A stretch of DNA of 63,037 bases from Mizuhopecten yessoensis. Its lineage: Eukaryota. Below, piece after piece: positions 36,101 to 46,546 of this stretch. The notes under the pieces are model-generated. The model did not search any database, had not been told where the DNA came from, and saw nothing but the letters and a program-made list of their open reading frames with translations. A program made the position numbers and the translations under genes. Every line of letters starts with the position of its first letter. The stretch's first letter is position 1. Where the stretch lies: contig NW_018404492.1 in NCBI RefSeq assembly GCF_002113885.1, positions 2,650,506 to 2,713,542 of the forward strand, given 5' to 3'.

Positions 36101-37221
36101 GCCGATGTGGTTACGCCACAATTTGTGCTGGTTATGGGCACCCTCGCGTAAGCACCGGCAACGGCCGAAGGCAGACCATGAGCAGGAATAGTATGTTGTT
36201 CTATCTTAACCTGATTTTGCCCTAACTGAGTGTCTATGTGCCCCAACAGGGGATAGTTACTTATCCCGCAATTGGTGTATGGCAGCCTATTGCCTGGGGG
36301 TATGTTACCCCCCCTATGCTGAAAAGCTGGCTGTGAAGGGTCATATCCCCCAGGATAATTCCCCCCTCCCTGCTTGCGAGGCGTCAAACTAGGCTTGACA
36401 TCTTCCAACAGGAAGTCAGCCCCCTTTTCATTGTCTGATGATAGGCATGACAAGGGCAGACTCATTTCCCCTTCAACTTTTGGGGCCGATTCCAGCTTAA
36501 ACCCCCACTTAGAAGCAATGGGTGCAATGGGTGCATTGGCACCTCCAGCTGTCCATGTTGATACATGGGCACCCTGATCTTGACCCCTTACATACCTTCC
36601 ATCCTTCGGGATAGCTTGTAAAATAGGGTCAAACTCTGACTCCTTCTGTTTAGGAATCATTGTCTGCGAGTTCGAGTATGGTGGCACGGAGGTTGAGGTA
36701 GCATGAGTGGTACCCCTATCCCCCCAGGGTGACCAGCTATTTATTTGTGGCCTCTGGCTGACATACTGACCACCACTAGGTGTAGTCAGTAGCATAGTGC
36801 CGGGAGTAGAGCTCTTTTTCGGAGGCGAGGCAGCACGAGCCGCCAGACTCTCTGATTTTCTAAGAGCCTCCGTCTCCAATGTTACCATTAACTCCCTGAA
36901 TTGGACCCGCAGTTCCTTAACTTCCTGCTTTATGTCCATAACCTCGTCCTCCTGTCTGTCTAGCCTATCTGCCCGTGATGAGGTCGACCGGGTTGGTGAT
37001 TGCGCCTCTACAGGGGCAGTGACCATTATGCCCGTGATGACCCCATCACTTAGCCATTTCTGCCACTTCTCAATGCCCACTCTGGAAACAGTCACCAGTT
37101 TCTGCAGAGTGAGCCCCTCATCATCTCTTATACTCAAGATTTTCTGTGCCGTCGCGGGGCCTAAACCCTCCAACGTGCACAGCTCATCTTCTGTAGCTGT
37201 CCGTATATTTATGACAGCCAT
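33115..37221 (-). CDS. HhH-Gag-aspartic protease polyprotein (1368 aa from first ATG), no RT/RNase H/integrase
   Basis: N-terminal INIRTATEDELCTLEGLGPATAQKIL (HhH); capsid region PTYSGKERWEPF...RQEESESLAEFAQRI; protease VVDTAANMTLI...MLLGVDFL; no YxDD or DDE motif seen. Confidence 0.88.
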   Translation of the reverse strand: MAVINIRTATEDELCTLEGLGPATAQKILSIRDDEGLTLQKLVTVSRVGIEKWQKWLSDGVITGIMVTAPVEAQSPTRSTSSRADRLDRQEDEVMDIKQEVKELRVQFRELMVTLETEALRKSESLAARAASPPKKSSTPGTMLLTTPSGGQYVSQRPQINSWSPWGDRGTTHATSTSVPPYSNSQTMIPKQKESEFDPILQAIPKDGRYVRGQDQGAHVSTWTAGGANAPIAPIASKWGFKLESAPKVEGEMSLPLSCLSSDNEKGADFLLEDVKPSLTPRKQGGGNYPGGYDPSQPAFQHRGGNIPPGNRLPYTNCGISNYPLLGHIDTQLGQNQVKIEQHTIPAHGLPSAVAGAYARVPITSTNCGVTTSARATREENRNRRTRDRLDNERPARRTHRVLGERHVRQPQGTRRAPTRRRRDDSSESDESDPDFSSEGEGDSNTDSGDSSDDYQRHRQRSRSPQRHKMPTYSGKERWEPFALKFTRIIEDSRWSDRKTKQRFFDCLVGDALEYADKLPRTLGFAKLKKKMKERFSDKDVPVVARRELNFTRQEESESLAEFAQRIQTITGDGFAHADTTTRNQIATEAFLKGCREKMAAQRAMEKNPKTVHKALKYIKASVANQRALFGSRAPHYPSRQVEFAEGTKSGDDKVEEAPVQFSKDELQELKKYLARLSAGGVSARPSSPPPWGDYRSPERDRGFPQNYGGNRSPDYRDRTPVPYPSSDYRDRPQYPRPPQDNGRNRYDGRPRDRSPYAEQGPSRNRNWSPRYQGDSPGTGSQGRGQNQPGRGPWEPGRGNNSPASWGNDRGRNTQAYRQRSPSASPEPYRGSNGPASWGNDKGRNNQAERSRSPSPTPRKEVQPLREVKLAVSDGSSITIPLTLNGTSIQAVVDTAANMTLIKQELVDKLEGPLVLGKRVRLRGFTGNVEIVWEIKDLNIGIGNTEVPWTVCEAPIMDDMLLGVDFLSRNNCVIDLDAGVLFIGNQAIPITPRLEEQRTSSTVKVAQNVTISPNTTGHCPVDWARPYGSTATIRPIQHPGGVMIAGSVVPPGTQQPIMRVMNNTAKSVIMTEGQKFGEKEHIEVISHLHREARSCYTADMVPGKGQSTYGDNRVTEPIEAIPQLPREAPVYNEIDEVPRENQRPVMVSEEPLNSHPAGANCERFEEDVDSMVPLTYKAHTPGPQQNKHIHVPQTMGLKIEGDEAVTPKSASFPFDGEEVTETCVPSIIKCFKPNVTSSDNVKGEMDDQELHAVVLLAQGGQQNKYGNTVRVLQIHFVNDGVIGNYDRFLSRLPESNWKKRLKIHVEIVVSSEPLVVEYCLSNAKERVRRGQGTVRGYGGKPYQGRGCHYRSLATVAQLSRSNLIAIAL

Positions 37222-37819
37222 GACAAAATATAAAGTTCCAAGAAAGAAATAAGTCAACACACTTAATTAAACAATTACACAATTATGTACAGGGACTTAT
37301 ATCAACAGTGCTATAGTAGACACGTGCCACCGTCCCGTACAAAATTCCAACGATTACAACTACGATTTACAGTTTACAAAATAATTTCTAATTCCTAAAA
37401 TAACTAATTTCTAACCTAATGTAATAATAACCTAACTAAACATATAATAATTTCCTTACAATATAAAAATAATATCCTATACTAACGATAACTCATGTCT
37501 CGCCTGTCATATGTATTCCGCCAATATGGGCGGCCCACTACACAGGCGAATGAAGTTCCGTGAAAACCTAACAAGTAAACTAAATTAAATTAAATATAAA
37601 TTTCAGAACGGCAGTGAAAACACCGCCGACTCTGAATTACCCCTAATAAATAATTAAATAAACAATAATAAACTGCTAGAACTGTCCCAAAATCTCTCAC
37701 TCGTAATTCGCGCACTGGTCAACAAAATGGCCAGCGCACGTGTGAGCGAGAGGGGACCAGCAAGGTAGAAAAAATATATGGAAAAAAATGTCAAAATAGT
37801 GCGAATAGCGTGAGTTCTT

Positions 37820-37836
37820 TCTCACTTATGACACCA
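37820..37836 (-). promoter_or_regulatory. Primer-binding site, tRNA-Leu type
   Basis: Minus strand TGGTGTCATAAGTGAGA, 2 nt after the 5' LTR; close to TGGTGTCAGAAGTGGGA, the complement of the metazoan tRNA-Leu 3' end (2 mismatches). Confidence 0.75.
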
Positions 37837-37838
37837 AT

Positions 37839-38052
37839 TGTCGTGAATTCGGTGTGTGCTATTCACACACCGTCACAACAAGTAGTTGTAAATGCTCTCG
37901 GCTCCTGAAATCAAAGACAAGGTGGAGGAAAATCACTCACGCGTTGTTCGTTCGGGTTCAAGATGTATAAGAGACCACGCCGAGATGTCACATCCAGGTT
38001 GTCGGCGCGGTTACCGGTCTAAGGGAGATAACTCTAACCAAAATTCACCACA
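37839..38052 (-). repeat. 5' LTR
   Basis: Direct repeat of 32086-32299, followed on the - strand by the PBS. Confidence 0.95.
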
Positions 38053-38360
38053 GTATCACAACCACATTGCAAGATTTAAATTGATATAATTTACATATTT
38101 TAATCCAAGAGAAATCAACTGTTTGAATTAATTGGTTTTTAAATATCTCCATTTTAATTACAAAACAGAGAACGTTCACCAACTGTAAGCTATAGATTTT
38201 TTTTCTTACCAGAATGAAATGAAGTGAAAGGATCCATAATTTAGCTATTTCATGATATGTGATTCATTTGATCGCTACTTAGACGATAGCCTGTGTATTT
38301 TTGTCCCCTCCCCTGTCGACTGCCATGTCTTTTTTACACTCGTACTGTTTGGTTACTTAG

Positions 38361-38545
38361 AGTGCTGTGTACATAGAGTTGATGGCCCTAGATGACAGTG
38401 AGCCAGAACAGGTGGAACGGTTTACAGTGAAGCTGAAGGAGGCGGACAATAACGCTGTACTGGGTCGGTATCAGGAGAGAATGGTCATCATCAACCCTAA
38501 TGACTCGCCCAATGGTCTACTGCAGCTGTATGTCAGAGGAACCAG
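38361..38545 (+). CDS. ADGRV1: ADGRV1 exon (Calx-beta)
   Basis: ttag|SAVYIELMALDDSEPEQVERF...PNDSPNGLL...|gtaatc. Confidence 0.88.
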
Positions 38546-38706
38546 GTAATCAAAAATGTTACCATTTTCAGTGTTCAAAACTATGGATTCTTATGATTTG
38601 ATAAAAAGGTAAACGAAAGAAATCATAAGATTTAATCTTTCTGATCTCGCATTTAAAAAAGGGAATATTTTTCTATCACAAAAAGGTTTCGTTTGTCTGG
38701 TTTCAG

Positions 38707-39064
38707 GAACAGCACTGTTTTTATGGATGAGAACATAGGTATTCTGTACATAGACGTGGAGAGGACCCAGGGGGCTGATGGTATTGTAATGGTGGACGTT
38801 ACCACCCGTCCTGACACAGCAGTCGTGATCTCCGACCTCGTCTCCGTAACACTTGCTCCCTACCAGGCACTGCCCACAACCCAGGTCAATTCCTGGTATA
38901 CTTACATGGTTAATGGAACACATTATGTGCTGATGTTGACCAACTTCCGGGTTGGGGAACTGACCACCACTATTGGCAGTAACGGGTCTGCAGTGCCTGT
39001 TAATGTTGACCGCCTCTATCAGACCACCCTGTTCAAGTGGAGGGGTCAGCTCATACCCATACAG
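38707..39064 (+). CDS. ADGRV1: ADGRV1 exon (Calx-beta to EAR transition)
   Basis: tcag|NSTVFMDE...YQALPT...LFKWRGQLIPIQ|gtaagg. Confidence 0.87.
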
Positions 39065-39110
39065 GTAAGGTGGTTTTAAAAGCTATGTTGAACAAGTAAA
39101 CTATTTAGTA

Positions 39111-40082
39111 CAGTCAAATCTCTATTAAAATACCACACAAGGAAATGTTTAGAAGTGGTCATAGAGAGATTTTGGTCTCTTAAAGGGACAATTTAGTGAA
39201 GTAAGTTTTTTTGATTACCTAAAAATCAAGTCAATACTGAAAATATATATCTCCTAACGAAAGTTTACGTATTTGATAATGACCTGACCTAAAGCCAATG
39301 TCCAGTGTGGTCAGTTTCATCTTTTGGGAAAGCCGGTGATAAAAATAGCTATGAGGAAAATAGCGCAATATCCTGGCCTTTCAGTGAGAAGTAAACATGT
39401 ACAGCACTACGCTGTCGACCGACAACAGTGTCAGTTGTGTCTGAGTTCACACATAACACATTCTTGAATTTACACAAAACATAGCAAGTAAGAATTATAG
39501 GTATCATAATATATACCTCTAATCTGATCTGTTCACATTTTGATTTGAGTAAGAACGAACAGGTTCAATTAAGAGAGGGTGCCGCAGGGAGAATTTCAAA
39601 CCGCAGAAACTACGATATCAATAGGTTTAGACGTAAAATAGGTCACTCATTTATAACGATGTTTGAGATGCTGTTGGAAGATGATTTTGATTCAAAATAG
39701 ATGCATTTACTTGTATGCAGAGAGGCTATGCAAAATAAGTGAGAAGTTACCTTCTCTCCTCGGCTGGAAAGACCTTTTTGTTAGGTAGAAATTCACCGAC
39801 AGCTGCCGCTAAAACGTACGGCTGTATAGTTAAGGATTTCTCCATTACTGATTAAAAATGCCAAGAAAACGTTGTCTCTTGTCAATCTCTCGACATGAAT
39901 TGTTTATAAGGAGTATCAAACTATATAATCATGAAGAGTTTTGTGACAAGGTTATAAGAAAAAACTTATTTCACTAAATTGTCCCTTTAATGTAGAGTAA
40001 GCTTTATGGTGATGATAAAATGATGGTCTCGTAAGAGAGAGGATTACTTAATAGTGGTGGTCTCTCAAGCAGGTTTAACTAC
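39111..40082. mobile_element. Degenerate Tc1/mariner-type MITE interrupted by a TTAA element
   Basis: ta-cagtcaaatct start, aggtttaact end, gtggtc subrepeats on both sides of the insert. Confidence 0.45.
39184..39986. mobile_element. Non-autonomous TIR DNA transposon with TTAA TSD (Kolobok-like)
   Basis: TTAA|agggacaatttagtgaagtaagtttttt...aaaaaacttatttcactaaattgtccct|TTAA; 28-bp TIR with 1 mismatch; no ORF. Confidence 0.85.
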
Positions 40083-40459
40083 TGAATATTGTATCCATCA
40101 GTATGTGGGGAATCATTGGTTTTGCTTTATAATTGATTTTATAAGCCTCCAAAAATATATCGGCCTACCTGGGTATAAATCTGATGGAAAATTGATGTAA
40201 CCTTTCTATTTTGGAGAATATTCTGACACAGAGTTTTGTAAATTAATTGATATGTAACCACTCAAATCATATATTTATATTTTTGCCTAAAAGGTTTGCT
40301 CAATAGCAAAGAAACTAATCGAGTTTAGGGGAAAAGTTGAAAATAAGGAATTACTTATGAGCTCATGATCAGTGGCAAGTAAAGAACAGTGCATGTGGAC
40401 TGTGGGTTATCTGACTTTGTGTTATTGGTTCCAACTCTCTGAACTCTTCACTTTTCTAG

Positions 40460-40606
40460 ACCTTAGAGACAGATGCTGCCACAGCTGCCACCGTCTTCTC
40501 TGTCAGTGGTGTGCATTACATGGTTGTGGCCAACCTTGGCAACATTCGGAGGCACCAGACCACTTCAAGAATCTACAAAATCAACGCTGACGGCAGCCTC
40601 TTTGTG
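40460..40606 (+). CDS. ADGRV1: ADGRV1 exon (EAR/EPTP)
   Basis: ctag|TLETDAATAATVFSVSGVHYMVVAN...SRIYKI..|gtaagt. Confidence 0.87.
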
Positions 40607-40732
40607 GTAAGTCTGAATTATGTGGTATGTTCACCGGTATCAATTCAACTGCAACATTAGCTTTTGTCTTCGTTGGTCCTTTTTGTATTCAATTTAGTTT
40701 CATATTTAATATATTATCTTATTTAATTTCAG

Positions 40733-41013
40733 TTACAAGATCTTGTGACCGAGGGAGCCATGGACGTCAAATTTTTCTCCTACAGTAACCAGCATTACTT
40801 GGTGTTCGCTAACTCGATAGACAACAACGGACTCACTATTGTAGATGTGGATGTGTTTAAGTGGGAGGAGAGCACCAAGATGTTTACGGCATCACCGTGG
40901 CAGTCCCTGAGTAACCTAGGCGCCCACGCTGTCGAGGTTTTTGAGATGGAGGGGGTCATGTACATGGCAGTGGCCAACAACTACGACTCGGAGCGTAAAA
41001 CCTACATTGTTGA
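40733..41013 (+). CDS. ADGRV1: ADGRV1 exon (EAR/EPTP)
   Basis: LQDLVTEGAMDVKFF...YLVFANS...VFKW...GAHAVEVF...YMAVAN. Confidence 0.88.
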
Positions 41014-41254
41014 GTAAGTCTGGGTTGGCTTAGTGGTTTTAATAACATGTTTCATAGTGATAATCTGATGTAGCAATCTGATGTAATATTATGTTTATGA
41101 AAAATGTTCATAAAACTATTTAAAATTGTATGTTCCAATAAAAGGTTTACTTTCATGAGAATATGTTTTGCCCTATAAAGAAATATTACACTCTAAATTG
41201 TATTTTTGAAAACTAAACCCAGGAAATACGGCATGTACATCCTTTGCTTTACAG

Positions 41255-41520
41255 TTCCATTGTGTACAAGTTTGGAACGGATGGGATGTTTGCGGAACAT
41301 CAGCGGATGAGGACCGAGGGGGCTGTGGATGTTGCGTACTTGGCTGTGCGATCACTACACCTGTTGGTGTTCGGTAACAACCGTGGTGACGCCATCAGCA
41401 GTCCGCAGACATCCACAGTGTATAGGTGGGACTCTACTGCCCAGAGGTTCTTCAGGGACGCAGACCTACAGACCTACAGGGTGGAGAGCCTCACCATGTT
41501 CCTCGGAGCCGATGATATGG
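41255..41520 (+). CDS. ADGRV1: ADGRV1 exon (EAR/EPTP)
   Basis: SIVYKF...HQRMRTEGAVDV...STVYRWD. Confidence 0.87.
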
Positions 41521-41838
41521 GTGGGTAGATATTAACACAATCTTATCATTGAAAAGAAAACAAGAGAAAAGAAAGCTCGGTTTAATAAAAAAACATAAGA
41601 AACAATGTATGCAAAGATAATAGAGCATGCTTTTTTTTAGCAAAGAAGTAATATTTATTTCTATGAATCAGATTTATTTAATGTTCTTGTGTTAAGTATT
41701 GCACTTGATTGAAAAAGGACTTATGAGAATGGTTACCATAGGTGTGATCTGAAGGAATTGTCTGATCACTGAAACAGTGAGATGGTTACCTGTCACACAT
41801 GGTTAAGGATGTTACTACTCATGTATTACTTGTTACAG

Positions 41839-42070
41839 GGTACCTACTAGTAGCCAATGGTATCGGTAACTCAGAGATGTTTTCATGGGATGTTCAAGAC
41901 CAGGAGTTTGTTTCCGTGTGGACAGGCCCACCGACCTTGAGTTTTCATCCCTGGATCATCCCCCAGACAACAGGGGCCCTCACTCTCATGATGGTCGCTG
42001 ATAAAGATCCCCAGGCTGCGTCCACGATCTACCAGTTCATCAAGGTTAAGGACAGTGACTTCGCTCCCAG
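41839..42070 (+). CDS. ADGRV1: ADGRV1 exon (EAR/EPTP end)
   Basis: YLLVANG...FSWD...SDFAPR|gtaact. Confidence 0.85.
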
Positions 42071-42560
42071 GTAACTCATAGCAACCAAGAAATTTGTCAA
42101 ACTATGTATGGAAGGGTAATTGTGATATTAGATTAGAGGTATCGAAGAGAAGTTTGAAAAAAGTTGTTTTCCCATAATATATATACACTTACAGAGAGAT
42201 CCAATTTCTAAATACAGCGAAACTCCACAAATTCCCCCGAAAACAGGATGGTATCCCGTAATAATAAAACCTGGAGCCCTGGAGACTGATAAATGTTTCA
42301 CCGGATAACCCGTACCTCTAAATACAGTTAAAATCAAAGTGTACAGTAAAATAAGTTTATGATGAACCTGATATAAGAACAATTCCTTATATGCATAATT
42401 TATATGTTGTTGTTTTAGAAAAAAAATCCATGCCAGAAAACTGTGTTTATCAGCTGGAATTCTCAATATTTGTAGTACATCATCAAGTTTACGAGAATCC
42501 CCTGAGCAGTTTCCAAAATGGAAAGGTTCCTTTTATGCAATGTCCTATTTGGTGTTGTAG

Positions 42561-42765
42561 AACGGTGACGATGACCTTTGAACCTGGACATCGCCTGTTA
42601 CAGACTTCTGTCGTCATCCTACAGGACACGATTCCGGAGGACACAGAAACATTCTTTGTCTCTCTTACCAACCCATCAGGGGGCGCTGACATTGGCCCAC
42701 AAAACACTATCACCATCAACATTCTCTCCAATGATAATGCTCACGGCATCATCGAGATAGCAGCG
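42561..42765 (+). CDS. ADGRV1: ADGRV1 exon (Calx-beta)
   Basis: TMTFEPG...QDTIPEDTETF...SNDNAHGII. Confidence 0.88.
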
Positions 42766-43149
42766 GTATAATTTTGATTGCTATTTGTTTTTTGAAGAAG
42801 AAATTTGCTATTTAGTTTTTTGAAGAAGAATTTATTTTCAAGTTTAAAAAAAAAAATGTTTATGTTGTAATGACAATATTAACATGTTTGAATCTTGGGG
42901 ATGATAAGAAATTGATATTTGTATTCCAATTTCCAACAATTTGATTTAAGAACACTTGAAGCCTGCAACATTTAAACTCAGGCAGATGCATATGAGTAGC
43001 ATTTATCTTTAAAATTATCAATTGTCCGCATCAAATTTAATGTAGTAGGTTGTATGTGGAAAAGGGGCATTTGGAGAAATATCTTTTGGAAATTCCCATT
43101 GTTAAAAAAAAAGAGGAAAAGACTAATATTGATTGTGTTATTTTCCTAG

Positions 43150-43308
43150 GACTCCTTAGAGGTTAGAGTGCAGGAGGAGGATGGGCGGGACAATGTCATC
43201 CCAGTCAACGTGATCAGGAAACACGGCTACTTCGGCCGTGTGGTGGTCAAGTGGGTGGCGTCTGGTGACCAGAACGGCCTGAGTGACATCACACCGCTAC
43301 AAGGACAG
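43150..43308 (+). CDS. ADGRV1: ADGRV1 exon (Calx-beta)
   Basis: ctag|DSLEVRVQEE...RKHGYFGRVVVKW...PLQGQ|gtaact. Confidence 0.87.
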
Positions 43309-43768
43309 GTAACTCCATGTTAAAATTAATACTTTCTTGGTAATTCTCGTTGCCTTTTTTTGTGAAGAAACGTATTGAGAGATAATTGAAAGAATCGTGT
43401 ATATCTTTGGCTTTATCTAGTTGAAGCAAAGGCATTAGTAGTGTTTCGTAAGTGACAGCACAGTTGTACATATCTTTTTCCTTGCCATTCCTTCCTAAGA
43501 TTAATGCAGCTGATTAAACCTACAGAATGCAGGAAAAGCAGTTTACCCATTATAAACAAAAATTACTCTTCCCCCCACCCCCCATAAACATTTACCTAAC
43601 AATGTGTCTGTACGTTTGCACATGGCCATATGTCTGTACATGCATACTTTCACATTTGGTTGCAAATGTGAAATCAGGAAAAAAAGAAAAAGGAAAAAAG
43701 AAAAATCTACAATATGAAAATTTGTGTATTGACTTGAACAATAGATAGTTACACTGAATGAATTGCAG

Positions 43769-43916
43769 GTCGAGTTTACTAATGGACAGTCTGTGGCTAC
43801 AATAAGTTTGACCATTCTCAATGACAACTTGGCCGAGTTGCCTGAGGTCACCTACATACGACTAACGGAAGTCACAGAGTCTGGAACAGATCTCCCGGGC
43901 AGGGGAGCCACTATAG
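43769..43916 (+). CDS. ADGRV1: ADGRV1 exon (Calx-beta)
   Basis: VEFTNGQS...NDNLAELPE...GATI|gttggt. Confidence 0.86.
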
Positions 43917-44703
43917 GTTGGTTACAATGTATAGCATATTGTTGGTATTAAGAAAGACATTGTAAATTCATTAACTGTCTAATGGGTAACTTTCCCAATA
44001 TTTCATGTTTGTGCTTTCACTCTAGACTTTGACATGAATACAACAATATGTGAATATTTACCAATGCACTGTATGGAATTTGCACAAAAAAGTTCATTGC
44101 CACCTCAGCAGTAGATTTGTAGTTTTATATTTAGCAATTATCATAATTGGCAATTTAGAATTTGAGAAAAGTCCATGATATTAATATAAGTACAGTGATC
44201 ATGTACATTTCCTTATGTTTGCAAAAGACTTTGATGTACTTTGCATTGCCGTTTGCCTTACTGGTCTTTGCATTTGTTTTTTTTACATTTTCAAGACATA
44301 CAAGACTATGCTGAAGGGCAAAGTCAAATCTATACTGTTCTCAGATTTTTGTATGAATGATAAATGAAAGGTAATAAAATAAAGGAGATATAAAAATTTA
44401 AAAAAACAACCTCAATGAATATTTCACAAGCTGTAATTTTTTCAGTAATTTTTTTTCTGTCATTTTACAACCTACATTTGTGGGGTAAGTTGAATGATTT
44501 CATGTAAATCTGAAAAACACTCCACCCAAAAAAATATTTCTTTAAATTTTCGTGAAACTGATCATGCTTTGAACATTTTGGCTTTGCAATCATTGCAATG
44601 CAGAAAACAACAATTCTAGCACCATTGGGTACAGCTGGTCAGTGACTTGCCCTCTGTTTTTGTCCTGTTTACATTGAACAATTTCTGATTTCTCCCTCTG
44701 CAG

Positions 44704-44875
44704 GAGACAATAATGTGGCCACTGTTGTGGTACAGGCCAATGACTCGCCCTATGGAGTGGTGCTGTGGGAAAAAGGAGTCATGTTTGTGGGAGAACCGAA
44801 TGGGACCGACCTTACCCTGGTCGCCTACATCCTCCGACAACAGGGCATGATGGGAATGCTACAAGTGGCGTACCA
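44704..44875 (+). CDS. ADGRV1: ADGRV1 exon (Calx-beta)
   Basis: VATVVVQANDSPYGVVLW...RQQGMMG...|gtatgt. Confidence 0.85.
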
Positions 44876-44977
44876 GTATGTATAATACCCTCGTGATATA
44901 TACTTAACAGACTGAGAGTATATCTATTTTATTTGGTGTACTTCTTGTTGAAAGTTTTCTGTTGGTATATGTTTGGA

Positions 44978-45720
44978 TTTTTAGCTCACATGGCCCTTTG
45001 GGCCATGTGAGCTTATGCTGGCGTCCGTCTGTCAACTTTTTCTTTTGAAGGACTTCTTCTGAAGAACTGTAGGACCTAGGGTCATGATATTTGGTCAGTA
45101 GATACCTGGGATGCAGTGCTATGAAGTTTCCTTATTAAAATGACCTTGACCTACTTTCAAGGTCACAGAGGTCAAATATGTAAAAAATAATAATCAAACA
45201 ACAATATCCAAAGAACCATTTTAACTAGAGTCATGATACTTGGGTATGTTATGTAGACCAGCAGTGCAAATATTTTTCTCAGTTACAGTTATGAGGTAAA
45301 AGGTCAACTTTAAATGCTAGTATGGGGTCAAATGTCAACTTTGGTTAAAAGATTTAACAATCTCCTTCTCAAGTTCCATAAGGCCCAGGGTCATGATATT
45401 TGGTCAGTAAGTACCTGGGATGTGGTGCTATAAAGTTTCCTCATTAAAAAGACCTAGACCTGCTTTGAAGGTCACGGGGGTCAAATATGTTTAAAATTTC
45501 AAACAACAATATCTTAAGAACCATTTGAACTGGAGTCATGATACACGGGTGTGTTATGTAGACCAGCAGTTCGAATATTTTTCTCAGTTACAGTTATGAG
45601 GTCAAAGGTCAACTTTAAGTGCAAATCAGGATTCAAAGGTCAATATGGGTTAAAAGCTTTAAAATTGAAATTTGAAGTTTCAAACAACAATATCTTCAAA
45701 ACCGTTTAAGAGATGTTAAA
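44978..45720 (+). mobile_element. HINE/pearl-like element, 5' part with ~310-bp internal repeats
   Basis: ttttagctcacatggccc...gggccatgtgagc hairpin, gtccgtctgtc, duplicated agggtcatgatatttggtcag blocks. Confidence 0.6.
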
Positions 45721-45932
45721 ATGTCTTGTGGTCTAGTTACCAAATTTGGTCTTAAGTTACCTATATGTCAGTTGCATGTAACAAAAGTGTAATTACCTGT
45801 ATTGGATCAGATTTTAAAAAAATCAGTTATTTTTAAAGAAAAAATCAATGGTAACAGACTTGTTGCTGGCCTGAATAGTTTTGTCATTCTTTGATCTAAT
45901 GATAGTGTTACACACTTGTTTTATGTTCGAAG

Positions 45933-46062
45933 GACGACTGCTAACACTGGGGTGGAGGTGGACAAACGGGCGGTGTCGGGCGACGATTTCGTGGCCAAGC
46001 AGAGTGTAGCAATCCTACAGGAGAATGCCACCAGGGTACCCATAGAGATTGTTGTCAAACAG
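45933..46062 (+). CDS. ADGRV1: ADGRV1 exon (Calx-beta)
   Basis: RAVSGDDF...VPIEIVVKQ|gtgagg. Confidence 0.84.
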
Positions 46063-46546
46063 GTGAGGCTGTCGGTTGCTAGAGATTACCTACATTGACT
46101 CAATTACAGTTGTTTTTCGCATTAACTGGAACTTCTGTGCAATATGTATCATATTTGTCACTTTTTGAGATGGCTGGACATTTATTAATGCATTTGGAAC
46201 TAACGTTTTCATAGAAAATCGAAATCATGTCGGGATTTAATGCTCAATTTAGATTTGGTGAAAAAGCATTAAGTGCATCCTATGGAATGGGGATCATGTG
46301 GTGGGTATTAGTTCACCCATGGATAACAGCTTTAGTTAAAGGTATTCTATGTAATGAATTACTGTATGCCAATTTTCATTGCAGTTAAGCTTTTGCGTTT
46401 TACCATAGCAGTGAAGAAAACTTCAAAATATTTGCATACCACATATAGCAGTTATACAAGGAGGGCAATTTTTTTTTGTCATTTTGAATAGTTCTGTTCT
46501 CAATGTTCGCGGCAATAAATTGGGACAACAATGTGTTTTTTTCCAG

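Larger units (their letters stand above)
32086..38052 (-). mobile_element. Structurally complete Ty3/Gypsy-like LTR element, non-autonomous (gag-pro only)
   Basis: TG...CA LTRs at 32086-32299 and 37839-38052 (214 bp, 4 differences); GTAT TSD at 32082-32085 and 38053-38056; PBS; PPT; one long ORF. Confidence 0.95.

Noticed and set aside
33115-37221. Domesticated Gag gene (Arc/PNMA-like)
   Set aside because: Near-identical LTRs, PBS, PPT and TSD indicate a recent mobile insertion.
33389-37252. Numerous + strand ORFs overlapping the retroelement ORF
   Set aside because: Antisense shadows of a GC-rich coding frame with no recognisable motifs.
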